Positions 24,860-31,245 of a stretch of DNA of 40,299 nucleotides are shown here, one piece after another; positions within the stretch are counted from its first letter, which is position 1; each line of letters opens with the position of its first letter. The translations under genes were made by a program, and so were the position numbers. The DNA comes from a virus: IMG/VR virus record IMGVR_UViG_3300028578_000002, one strand, 5' to 3'. The notes under the pieces were generated by a model that did not search any database, had not been told where the DNA came from, and worked only from the letters and a program-made list of their open reading frames with translations.

Positions 24860-25086
24860 CGGAGCACCACGGCGACGCCGTCGATGCGGAGGTCGACGTC
24901 GAGCTCAGGGAACCGCTCGCGGATGGAGCGGAGAGCGGCGGAGGCAGCGCCGCTGATCACGTCGGCGGCGAACTCGGCGAACTCCTCGGCCTCGTCGGGG
25001 CGCTCGTCGAAGTCGAGGGCCTCGTAGCGGGTGAAGAGCTCGAGCTTGGTGTCGAGGATCTGGTCCTTGGTGGTGGTGTCGGTCAT
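24856..25086 (-). CDS. Acidic 76-aa protein, first gene after terL
   Basis: ORF trimmed to ATG 25086, 7 nt after a TAGCAT hexamer. An alternative ATG at 25095 would overlap that hexamer. Confidence 0.55.
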   Translation of the reverse strand: MTDTTTKDQILDTKLELFTRYEALDFDERPDEAEEFAEFAADVISGAASAALRSIRERFPELDVDLRIDGVAVVLR

Positions 25087-25103
25087 GGCCGCCATGCTAC
25101 ATG
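25087..25103 (-). promoter_or_regulatory. Motif copy C1 (CATG TAGCAT GGCGGCC | ATG)
   Basis: Read on the minus strand. It is embedded in the second hairpin after terL. Confidence 0.4.
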
Positions 25104-25135
25104 GTGTAGCACGCTGGCGCAAGTGGCTCTTGCGC
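25096..25135 (-). terminator. Two adjacent hairpins immediately after the terL stop
   Basis: GCGCAAG-5 nt-CTTGCGC (25117-25135, includes one base of the stop codon) and GCTACA-3 nt-TGTAGC (25096-25110). No U-tract. Confidence 0.3.
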
Positions 25136-26982
25136 TAGGCGACGGTGAGGCCGGCGTCTTCGTAGGCCGAGGTGGTGTAGGTCTCGCGGGTGTAGCCGTC
25201 GACGGCCATGACCACGGCGACGGCGGGGTCGACGTGGCCGGTCGACCGGGACCGGTTGGGCTTCACGTTGAGCGCGGCGTCCTGCTCGACGGCGAGGTTC
25301 TCAAACGCGTACCGCAGGAGCGGGTTGCCGCCGGTCCAGAGCCGGCCCTCGGCGATGATCCGCTCGGTTTCCTTCATGGCGGGGGAGATCCCGGCGAAGC
25401 CCTGGCCGACCTCGGCGACGGTGAGGCCGCCGTCGCGCAGGTGTTGGAGGATCTGCTTGGAGCCCCACCGGTCGAACGACAGGCGTGCGAGCTCGAGCTC
25501 ATCGGCGAGGTGCATGGCCTCGTCTTCGATGGCGTCGTAGTCGATGGTCTCGCCGGCGCAGAGGCGGAGCCATCCGTCGCGTGCCCACCGGGTGAAGAGC
25601 TCGCGCACCGCGGGCGGCCTCGACTTGAGCCGCTCCGCGGGGGTCCACGCGCGGAGCACGACCTCGAGGACCTCGATCTCGTAGTCAGGGTCCGCAGGAT
25701 CGGGTACCCACAGGGGAACGGCGACGGCGAGCGCGGTGAGGTCCATGGACGACGACAGGTCGAGCCCGGCGTAGCCGACCTGGCCGCGCACCGCGGGCCC
25801 GAGCGTCCCGATGTGGGTGCCGCCGAGCTTGGCACCGCGGTCGTAGAGGTCCAGGTCGAGCCAGCGTGACACCGTCGAGGTGCGCACGTTGAGGTGCAGA
25901 CGCAAGAACGCGAGGCGCTTGCGTTCCGAGCGCCGTGCCTTTTTGACGTTGTCCTCGAGGTAGTCGACCGACACCGACACACCGAGCCCGGGGTTGGCGA
26001 CCTGCCAGACGTCGGGGTCGTCCCACCGGTCATGGAGGTGCTCGGGAATGGAGTAGATCACGGCCCAGGTGCGCAGGTCGGTGACACGTCCGTCGCCGAT
26101 CGCTTCGGCGAGGTCATGGAGCTCGGCGTAGATGGTGCCGTCGGTGTCCGCGCCGGCGGTGGTGAGGTGCGCAACGAGGGGTTGGGCGCGGCCGACGGTG
26201 CCGGACTCGATCGTCTCGATGAGCCGGGCGTCGCGATGCACGTGGGTCTCGTCGATCACCGCGCCCGACACGTTGCCGCCCATCTTCTCCTCGGCCTTCG
26301 CGGGGTCCCCGGAGATCACCTCGGCGCGCGAGAGCGTCCGCTCGTAGACGAGGGCCCGGTCGGCTTGGATCCCGAGCCGCTCGTACAGGGTCCGCGACGC
26401 GCGGACCATTGCTTCCATGGGGCGGAACACGTTGCGGGCCTGGTCGGTGGTGGTCGCCGCGAGGTACACCTCGGCGCCGGGCTCGAACAGCCGGCCCGCC
26501 GCGAGGTTGGAGTCCGCGAGCAACAGGTAGAGCGCGAGCACCGCGGCGAGGGTGGTCTTGCCGTTCTTGCGTGGAACCTCGAGGAACAGCGTGCGGTAGA
26601 ACCGGTTGCCGTCGGCCTGGCGCCACCCGAACACCGGGGCGAGCACGTAGATGACCTGCCACAGGTCCGGCCGCAGACGGCGCCCGGCGAGCTCGCCCTT
26701 GGAGTGGCGGCCGTTCTTCCAACAGAACTCGAGGACACGCCGGACCTCGTCGACGTTGAACGTGATGCCGTGCCGGCGGCGCATCTCCCGGTTCGGCGGT
26801 GCCGCCACCGACAGAGGCGGGATGCACCGGTCGAGCTCGGCGTCGAGGTCACGCCAGTACCCGAGCTCGCCGAGCACCTCCGCCAGACCCGGCATCGCGG
26901 CGAGATCCGCACGGACGCGGGCCCGTCGGGCGTCGACGTCGAGCGGGTCTCTACGTGCCGAAGTCGAAGCCGTCGTCGTCAT
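25135..26982 (-). CDS. terL: Terminase large subunit (Terminase_1 type)
   Basis: ORF trimmed to ATG 26982. Walker A region FLEVPRKNGKTTLAAVLALYLL, followed by AEVYLAATTTDQA and a C-terminal nuclease region. Confidence 0.9.
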   Translation of the reverse strand: MTTTASTSARRDPLDVDARRARVRADLAAMPGLAEVLGELGYWRDLDAELDRCIPPLSVAAPPNREMRRRHGITFNVDEVRRVLEFCWKNGRHSKGELAGRRLRPDLWQVIYVLAPVFGWRQADGNRFYRTLFLEVPRKNGKTTLAAVLALYLLLADSNLAAGRLFEPGAEVYLAATTTDQARNVFRPMEAMVRASRTLYERLGIQADRALVYERTLSRAEVISGDPAKAEEKMGGNVSGAVIDETHVHRDARLIETIESGTVGRAQPLVAHLTTAGADTDGTIYAELHDLAEAIGDGRVTDLRTWAVIYSIPEHLHDRWDDPDVWQVANPGLGVSVSVDYLEDNVKKARRSERKRLAFLRLHLNVRTSTVSRWLDLDLYDRGAKLGGTHIGTLGPAVRGQVGYAGLDLSSSMDLTALAVAVPLWVPDPADPDYEIEVLEVVLRAWTPAERLKSRPPAVRELFTRWARDGWLRLCAGETIDYDAIEDEAMHLADELELARLSFDRWGSKQILQHLRDGGLTVAEVGQGFAGISPAMKETERIIAEGRLWTGGNPLLRYAFENLAVEQDAALNVKPNRSRSTGHVDPAVAVVMAVDGYTRETYTTSAYEDAGLTVA

Positions 26983-27508
26983 CGCGCTCGGCTCCCTGTC
27001 CCGCACCCGCGGCCGCGCCCGGGCGCAGCGACACACGCGCCGACGGGGTGAGCCCGAAGTCAGAGCACCACGCACGGTAGGTGTTGACCGCCATGTTGAA
27101 CGTCGAGAACGCCGGATGCTTCTTGAGCATCCCGCCGTGCGCGTTGTCCTTCACGACGACCTCGTAGCCACGACGGCGCCCGTCGTTCTCACCGTCGGAA
27201 CGCTTGTAGCGCATCGCCTCGAGCGACGAGATGGCCATTGCGTAGCACTCGCACGCCAACCGGAACGACCCCACGTCGAGCCGCGTGAGCAGACCGAGCC
27301 GCTCGAGCTCCGGCGCATGCAGCCGCCAACAGTCCCGGGCATGGGGCGACAGGTCCTTCGGCGGGTCGACATCACGGACCGGTTCGGCCTTGACCTCAGC
27401 GGCCTCGCGCTCCTCGAGCTCGGCCTTCGAGAGCTTCGCCCGGTTCCCATGCAACCGGATCACCTCCGCAGAGTGGCGCGGCGGCCCCGGCTTGCCCGGC
27501 CCGGCCAT
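26951..27508 (-). CDS. terS: Terminase small subunit, P27 family
   Basis: MAGPGKPGPP...LSPHARDCWRLHAPELERLGLLTRLDVGSFRLACECYA...AWCSDFGLTPSARVSL matches the P27-family pattern. Confidence 0.85.
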   Translation of the reverse strand: MAGPGKPGPPRHSAEVIRLHGNRAKLSKAELEEREAAEVKAEPVRDVDPPKDLSPHARDCWRLHAPELERLGLLTRLDVGSFRLACECYAMAISSLEAMRYKRSDGENDGRRRGYEVVVKDNAHGGMLKKHPAFSTFNMAVNTYRAWCSDFGLTPSARVSLRPGAAAGAGQGAERDDDDGFDFGT

Positions 27509-27795
27509 CAGGCGCTCCGCTCGAGGTCGGTGAGCTCGTCGAGCACGAGCCGTGCGGCCGCACCACGGTCGACCTTGGCCGCCGGCAGCGGCCGGGGCGA
27601 CTCGACCACCATGCCGTGCCCGGCATGCTCGTGCTCAAGATGCGCCGACGCCGCGCCCACTGCCCGGACCCGGCCCGGCACAAGCACCGGCATCGCACCA
27701 TGCGCCGAACACGCCACAGCCCACCCCGTCACCCGGCCACGCGGAGCCTCCCCGAACAGCACGACAACCGGGTCGACGAGCGGCGGGAGCCTCAC
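27508..27795 (-). CDS. Hypothetical 95-aa protein
   Basis: GTGA coupling upstream and a TGATG overlap with terS. It uses G- and T-ending codons, unlike the bulk genes. Confidence 0.5.
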   Translation of the reverse strand: MRLPPLVDPVVVLFGEAPRGRVTGWAVACSAHGAMPVLVPGRVRAVGAASAHLEHEHAGHGMVVESPRPLPAAKVDRGAAARLVLDELTDLERSA

Positions 27796-28118
27796 GACCC
27801 CGGCACCTCCCCCGGCCCGGCCTCAAGCGGCGGGCCCGTCACCGACGCCGGCATCACCACCTCACCCGACTCAATCCACCCGGCCAGCACCGACGTGTCC
27901 CGACGCAACACCGCCAGCAAAGCCGGCGTCGCCTCACCCTCCTCGGTCCCCATCAACCCCGCCGCCTCCGTCTCGAAGCCCGCCGGATCCTCGACCGCAC
28001 GAGCCTCCCACGTCGCATAGGCCTCCGCGAGCGCCACCACCTCCGGCGCCACCTCCGCGACCTGCGGCCCGAACTCATACCCCGGCGGAACCACAGGGCC
28101 AGCACGCCAGTCCGTCAC
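27792..28118 (-). CDS. Hypothetical acidic 108-aa protein
   Basis: GTGA coupling to the HNH stop. Same atypical G/T-ending codon habit as its neighbour. Confidence 0.5.
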   Translation of the reverse strand: MTDWRAGPVVPPGYEFGPQVAEVAPEVVALAEAYATWEARAVEDPAGFETEAAGLMGTEEGEATPALLAVLRRDTSVLAGWIESGEVVMPASVTGPPLEAGPGEVPGS

Positions 28119-28660
28119 GGATCGACCCTCCTCCGGCGCCGAGACGGCGGCGCCAAGCCGGTGTCCTCAGAGCCTACGCGGCCCCGCACAGGCGACCTCG
28201 GACCACCGTCGGAGCGCGCGTGGTTTCCCCGGCGGTCCTTCGGCGAGGGGATGAGCCGATCGCGACGCCCTTCCCTCTCGCTCGGGCTCGGGCCCGGGTC
28301 GATGTCGTCTCCTCGTGTTCGTCGTCGGGCGAGGTCGGTGGCGGTCTTGCGGGAGTGGCAGGGGTGGCAGAGGGGTTGGTGGTTGTCGGGGTTCCATGGG
28401 TCGCCGCCGTCTTCGAGGGGTTGGATGTGGTCGACGTCGGTGGCTGGTTGTCGGCATCGTGGGGTGGCGCACCATGGGTGCTCGAGGAGGTAGCGGCGGG
28501 AGTAGGTGCGCCACCGTGGGGTGCGGTAGATGGCGAGGCTGGTTGCTCGCTGCGCGTTGCGTTGAGCGTCTGAGCCTGGTCGGTGGGTGTCGTGGTCGGG
28601 GCAGGGGCGGAGGTGGGGGCAGGGCCAGGCTGGGCATGGGGTGGGGTTGCGGGTGGGCAC
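28115..28660 (-). CDS. HNH endonuclease (packaging-associated type)
   Basis: IYRTPRWRTYSRRYLLEHPWCATPRCRQPATDVDHIQPLEDGGDPWNPDNHQPLCHPCHSRKT. The only in-frame start upstream of this motif is GTG 28660, which gives a Pro/Cys/His-rich N-terminus encoded by the C-rich tract. Confidence 0.8.
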   Translation of the reverse strand: MPTRNPTPCPAWPCPHLRPCPDHDTHRPGSDAQRNAQRATSLAIYRTPRWRTYSRRYLLEHPWCATPRCRQPATDVDHIQPLEDGGDPWNPDNHQPLCHPCHSRKTATDLARRRTRGDDIDPGPSPSEREGRRDRLIPSPKDRRGNHARSDGGPRSPVRGRVGSEDTGLAPPSRRRRRVDP

Positions 28661-28720
28661 GGTCGTAGTTTGCTGCGGGTGGTGGGGTGGTCGGTTCGAT
28701 GGTGGGGGTGGGGTGGTGGT
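28582..28720 (+). repeat. G-run-dense tract with at least two canonical G-quadruplex motifs on the plus strand
   Basis: GGGGCAGGGGCGGAGGTGGGGGCAGGG (28598-28624) and GGGCATGGGGTGGGGTTGCGGGTGGG (28632-28657), plus further GGGG/GGGGG runs to 28713. Confidence 0.8.
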
Positions 28721-28743
28721 GCCCGTCGTTTTTTCACGGGCAC
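28719..28743. other. Hairpin with an A/T-rich loop in the divergent non-coding region
   Basis: GTGCCCG-TCGTTTTTTCA-CGGGCAC (7-bp stem). The T6 run is the most AT-rich spot in the window. Confidence 0.6.
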
Positions 28744-28859
28744 GTTGCGACCTGAGAACCCGGTAGCCCCGCCAGGCTTGACAGAGCCGGTACGCTGTGG
28801 CGGTCTCGGCGCGGAGGCAGAGCCGCCCAGTGTGGCGTCCACCGGGGTCGGGCAACGTG

Positions 28860-29306
28860 ATGAGGAGCGCGGAGCGCATGAGCAGGAACGTCGAGCGGCG
28901 GTTCGCGTACCGGTCGCCAGGGCTCTACGACCGAGTCGTCGAGCACGTGGTGCAGGCTCGAGCCGAGGGGATCGGCTGGGCTGAGCTCCTGGCCCGGGCC
29001 GACCCGGACAACGAGTACGCCGAGCGCAGCGTCGAGGGCGCGATCCGTGAGCTCTGGATGCTCGGCCTGCTCTCGGTCGGTGGCCGGGCCGGGACGTACA
29101 ACCGGCCGAGCACGCGCCGGGTGTGGGTGTCGCCGCTCGGGTTCGCTGCGCTCGCTGGTGAGGTGGCTGACCTGCCCTGGTCCTCTGCGCTGTGGCGCGT
29201 CGACGGTGACGATGACGAACCGGTCGGCGAGGACTGGGTACCTGAGGTGCCGGGAGCGGCCGAGCTCGCCGAGGTGGTCGACGTGGTCCTCGACCGGGAG
29301 CCGTGA
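28860..29306 (+). CDS. Winged-helix-like DNA-binding protein (start uncertain: 28797 GTG, 28860 or 28878 ATG)
   Basis: YDRVVEHVVQARAEGIGWAELLARAD...SVEGAIRELWMLGLLSV...RRVWVSPLG resembles a wHTH. First gene of the plus-strand cassette. Confidence 0.55.
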   Translation: MRSAERMSRNVERRFAYRSPGLYDRVVEHVVQARAEGIGWAELLARADPDNEYAERSVEGAIRELWMLGLLSVGGRAGTYNRPSTRRVWVSPLGFAALAGEVADLPWSSALWRVDGDDDEPVGEDWVPEVPGAAELAEVVDVVLDREP

Positions 29307-29733
29307 CGACACCGGCGCATCGCCGTCCTCCGATGGCCCGGGATCTGCCGTGCTGGCGGCGACCGTACCGGGAGCGTCGGCGGCGTGGGCCGCTGGTGTT
29401 GCCGCCGTGCTCGCTCTGCGGGGCGGAGGTCCGGCCACCCCGGTCAACGTGGTGCTCTCGGGACTGCGTAGACCTGTGGCTCTGGACGGCGCGCCCCGCG
29501 GTGGCCCGGGCCATGCTCGTCGCCCTCCATGGCCCGGGCTGCTGGGAGTGTGGGGTCATGATCCTCGGGCTGAGGTCGATCATGTGCGGCCGCTCTGGTC
29601 GCTCGACGAGGTGGAGCGCTGGCAGTTCCGGTGGTGGTCACCGTGGAATCTGCAACTGCTCTGCCGTGGGTGCCATCGTAGGAAGACCGCCCGCGAGGCG
29701 GCCGAGAGGGGAAGACGACATGCCGAGGCGTGA
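29303..29733 (+). pseudogene. HNH endonuclease split between two frames at the G-run 29552-29555 (1-nt indel, assembly error or -1 shift)
   Basis: Frame of 29303: CSLCG...WCSRDC...GPGCWECG. The -1 frame continues (G)HDPRAEVDHVRPLW...NLQLLCRGCHRRKT to the stop at 29733. Joined, they form a canonical HNH. Confidence 0.65.
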
Positions 29734-29869
29734 TGGGAATGTGTCGGGGTGGCGGTTGAGCCGTGCTCGCCGGCGGTGTGAGGCGCGGCGGTGGGCGCGG
29801 CGTGCGGCGCGGTTGACGGCGGCGCAGAGTCGGGCCGAGCCGCCTGAGCGCAAGTTGTGGCCGACGTGA
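29720..29869 (+). CDS. Possible basic 49-aa protein
   Basis: ATG 29720 lies in the frame of ORF 29303..29869. Its TGA overlaps the next ATG (TGATG). Weak call. Confidence 0.3.
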   Translation: MPRRDGNVSGWRLSRARRRCEARRWARRAARLTAAQSRAEPPERKLWPT

Positions 29870-30138
29870 TGCGCTGCTCGTGCTGGCCGGAGTGTGGCCT
29901 CCCGGGGTGGGCGCCGGATGGGCGGTGCTCGGCGTGCAGGGCGCGGGGGTGCCCGCCGTGGTACCTGTTGGCCGTGCTGGCCGAGCTCGAGCGGGAGCGG
30001 GTGCGTGCGGCGATGGTGGCGCGTGCCCGTGAGCAGGGCGGCGCCTTGGCGGAGGCGCTTGGGCTACCCGCGGGTGTGACGGTGGTGTTCGATGAGCGGC
30101 CGCTCCTTCGCATGGCCCAGCGGGAACGGTGGACCTGA
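29869..30138 (+). CDS. Small Cys-rich protein (89 aa)
   Basis: MRCSCWPECG...CSACRARGC followed by a helical region. ORF 29857..30138 trimmed to ATG 29869. Confidence 0.5.
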   Translation: MRCSCWPECGLPGWAPDGRCSACRARGCPPWYLLAVLAELERERVRAAMVARAREQGGALAEALGLPAGVTVVFDERPLLRMAQRERWT

Positions 30139-30174
30139 GCGCGGCGTGCTCAACTATCCGGGTTGTCCACAGGG

Positions 30175-30195
30175 GTTGTGGGTAGCGTGGTGGCC
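30175..30195 (+). promoter_or_regulatory. Motif copy B2 (GTTGTGGG TAGCGT GGTGGCC | ATG)
   Basis: The 20 nt at 30182-30201 are identical to the minus-strand sequence of 6055..6036, including ATG GCA. Confidence 0.45.
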
Positions 30196-30348
30196 ATGGC
30201 AGTGCTGCTCGTGGCTCTCGATGGCCCTGAGGTTCGACCGGTGGTCGAGGTCGATGGTGTGCTCGTCGACGTCGAGACCGGCGCGCCCGTCGAGCTCGAG
30301 CGGGTGGTGCTGCGGGCGGTGACGGTCGGGGAGCGCTCTGCGGCGTGA
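30196..30348 (+). CDS. Hypothetical 50-aa protein (MAVLLVALDGPEVRPVVEVDG...)
   Basis: ORF 30163..30348 trimmed to ATG 30196 because the TAGCGT motif abuts it exactly as at 6041. Confidence 0.4.
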   Translation: MAVLLVALDGPEVRPVVEVDGVLVDVETGAPVELERVVLRAVTVGERSAA

Positions 30349-30381
30349 AGACGGCGGGGATGCGGGGCCGTGCGCTGGCGG

Positions 30382-30417
30382 GGCGCCGCGCGGTGGTGCT
30401 TCACCGGTGGCGGCGCC
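30382..30417 (+). terminator. GC hairpin between the small plus-strand genes and the next motif/promoter
   Basis: GGCGCCGC...GCGGCGCC 8-bp arms with an inner GGTG-CTT-CACC. GGCGGCGCC is repeated just downstream. No U-tract. Confidence 0.25.
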
Positions 30418-30469
30418 AACGGGCGCGCCGGGCGGCGCCGGTGCGCCAGGTCGCGGGTAGCGGCTCGCC

Positions 30470-30489
30470 CCGCGGCGTAGCCTCGCGGC
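30470..30489 (+). promoter_or_regulatory. Motif copy A1 (CCGCGGCG TAGCCT CGCGGC | GTG)
   Basis: Read on the plus strand directly abutting GTG 30490. No Shine-Dalgarno. Confidence 0.5.
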
Positions 30490-31245
30490 GTGGGTGAGGT
30501 GCTGATCTCGGAGCGCAGGTCGAAGCCGTCGGCTGGGACGCGCTCAGCGTCGGGGGTGTCGGTGGCGGGCCCGTTCGAGGTCCTTGAGGGTGATGAGCTC
30601 GAGGAGGTCCTCGCGTCGGCTGACGGGGCCCTCGAGGGCCTGGCTGAGGCGATGGCGACGTTGGAGGCCTCGGCGGGCGTGGTGGCGGTGGAGACGCTCA
30701 CGGAGGACCTGGCGGCGCTGGGGGCGAGGACGCGGCTGGTCGGCGGCGGGGTGGGCACCTCTGCGGTGGTCAACACGGTCGTGGAGACCGATCTGGTGTC
30801 GACGTCGACACCGTTGGGCCTGGTCGCTGGTGACGTGCTGGTGTTGCGGGTCCGCGGGACGGTCCTGAACGCGTCGGCGGGCCCGGTGACGTTCTTGCCG
30901 CGGGTGCGTCTGGCGGGCGTCGCGGTGGTCGCTGGCGCGGCGGTGGCTCAGCCGGTGAACGTGCTGCCGTCGGAGTGGGACCTCGAGGTGCGGATCCGGG
31001 TGAACACGATGCTCGAGCAGGTGATCTCGGCGCGCGGGTGCCAGGGTGCGCCGGCGCTGCCGGGGGCGCTGGGGGCGACGGTGCCGGGCGGCCCGTTCGA
31101 TGGGGTGGCCCGGTCATCGGGGACGGCGAACCTGGCGACGGCCAAGACGCTGCGGGTGACGGTGCAGATGGGCACGGCGTCGCCGGCGGCGTCGTGCGCG
31201 CTCACGGCGTGGGAGCTCGTGCTGCTGCGCTCCCCGACGTCCTAG
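30490..31245 (+). CDS. Fibre/receptor-binding-like protein (251 aa): helical N-terminus + beta-rich C-terminus
   Basis: The plus frame gives a protein-like sequence, while the antisense ORF is S/T/P/R junk. Strong GTG/CTG/GCG/ACG codon preference, unlike the bulk genome. Confidence 0.6.
   Translation: MGEVLISERRSKPSAGTRSASGVSVAGPFEVLEGDELEEVLASADGALEGLAEAMATLEASAGVVAVETLTEDLAALGARTRLVGGGVGTSAVVNTVVETDLVSTSTPLGLVAGDVLVLRVRGTVLNASAGPVTFLPRVRLAGVAVVAGAAVAQPVNVLPSEWDLEVRIRVNTMLEQVISARGCQGAPALPGALGATVPGGPFDGVARSSGTANLATAKTLRVTVQMGTASPAASCALTAWELVLLRSPTS

Noticed and set aside
26651-28573. 640-aa plus-strand ORF spanning the terS/HNH region
   Set aside because: The translation is Pro/Arg/Ser/Thr/Ala-rich junk. 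The opposite strand encodes well-recognisable TerS, HNH and coupled small genes.
28778-28783. Perfect TTGACA as the -35 of a promoter for the plus-strand cassette
   Set aside because: No TANNNT hexamer lies 16-19 nt downstream. The nearest (TACGCT, 28791-28796) is only 7 nt away. The site is left unassigned.
28174-29583. 469-aa minus-strand ORF crossing the divergent region and the plus-strand cassette
   Set aside because: Arg/Pro/Ala/Thr-rich translation. It would run through the G-rich non-coding tract and is antisense to the wHTH and HNH motifs.
29303-29869. Treating the 188-aa ORF as one genuine protein
   Set aside because: After residue 84 the sequence becomes Arg/Gly/Ser junk, while the -1 frame continues with the canonical HNH catalytic motif. 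A split or frameshifted HNH plus a possible small downstream ORF fits better.
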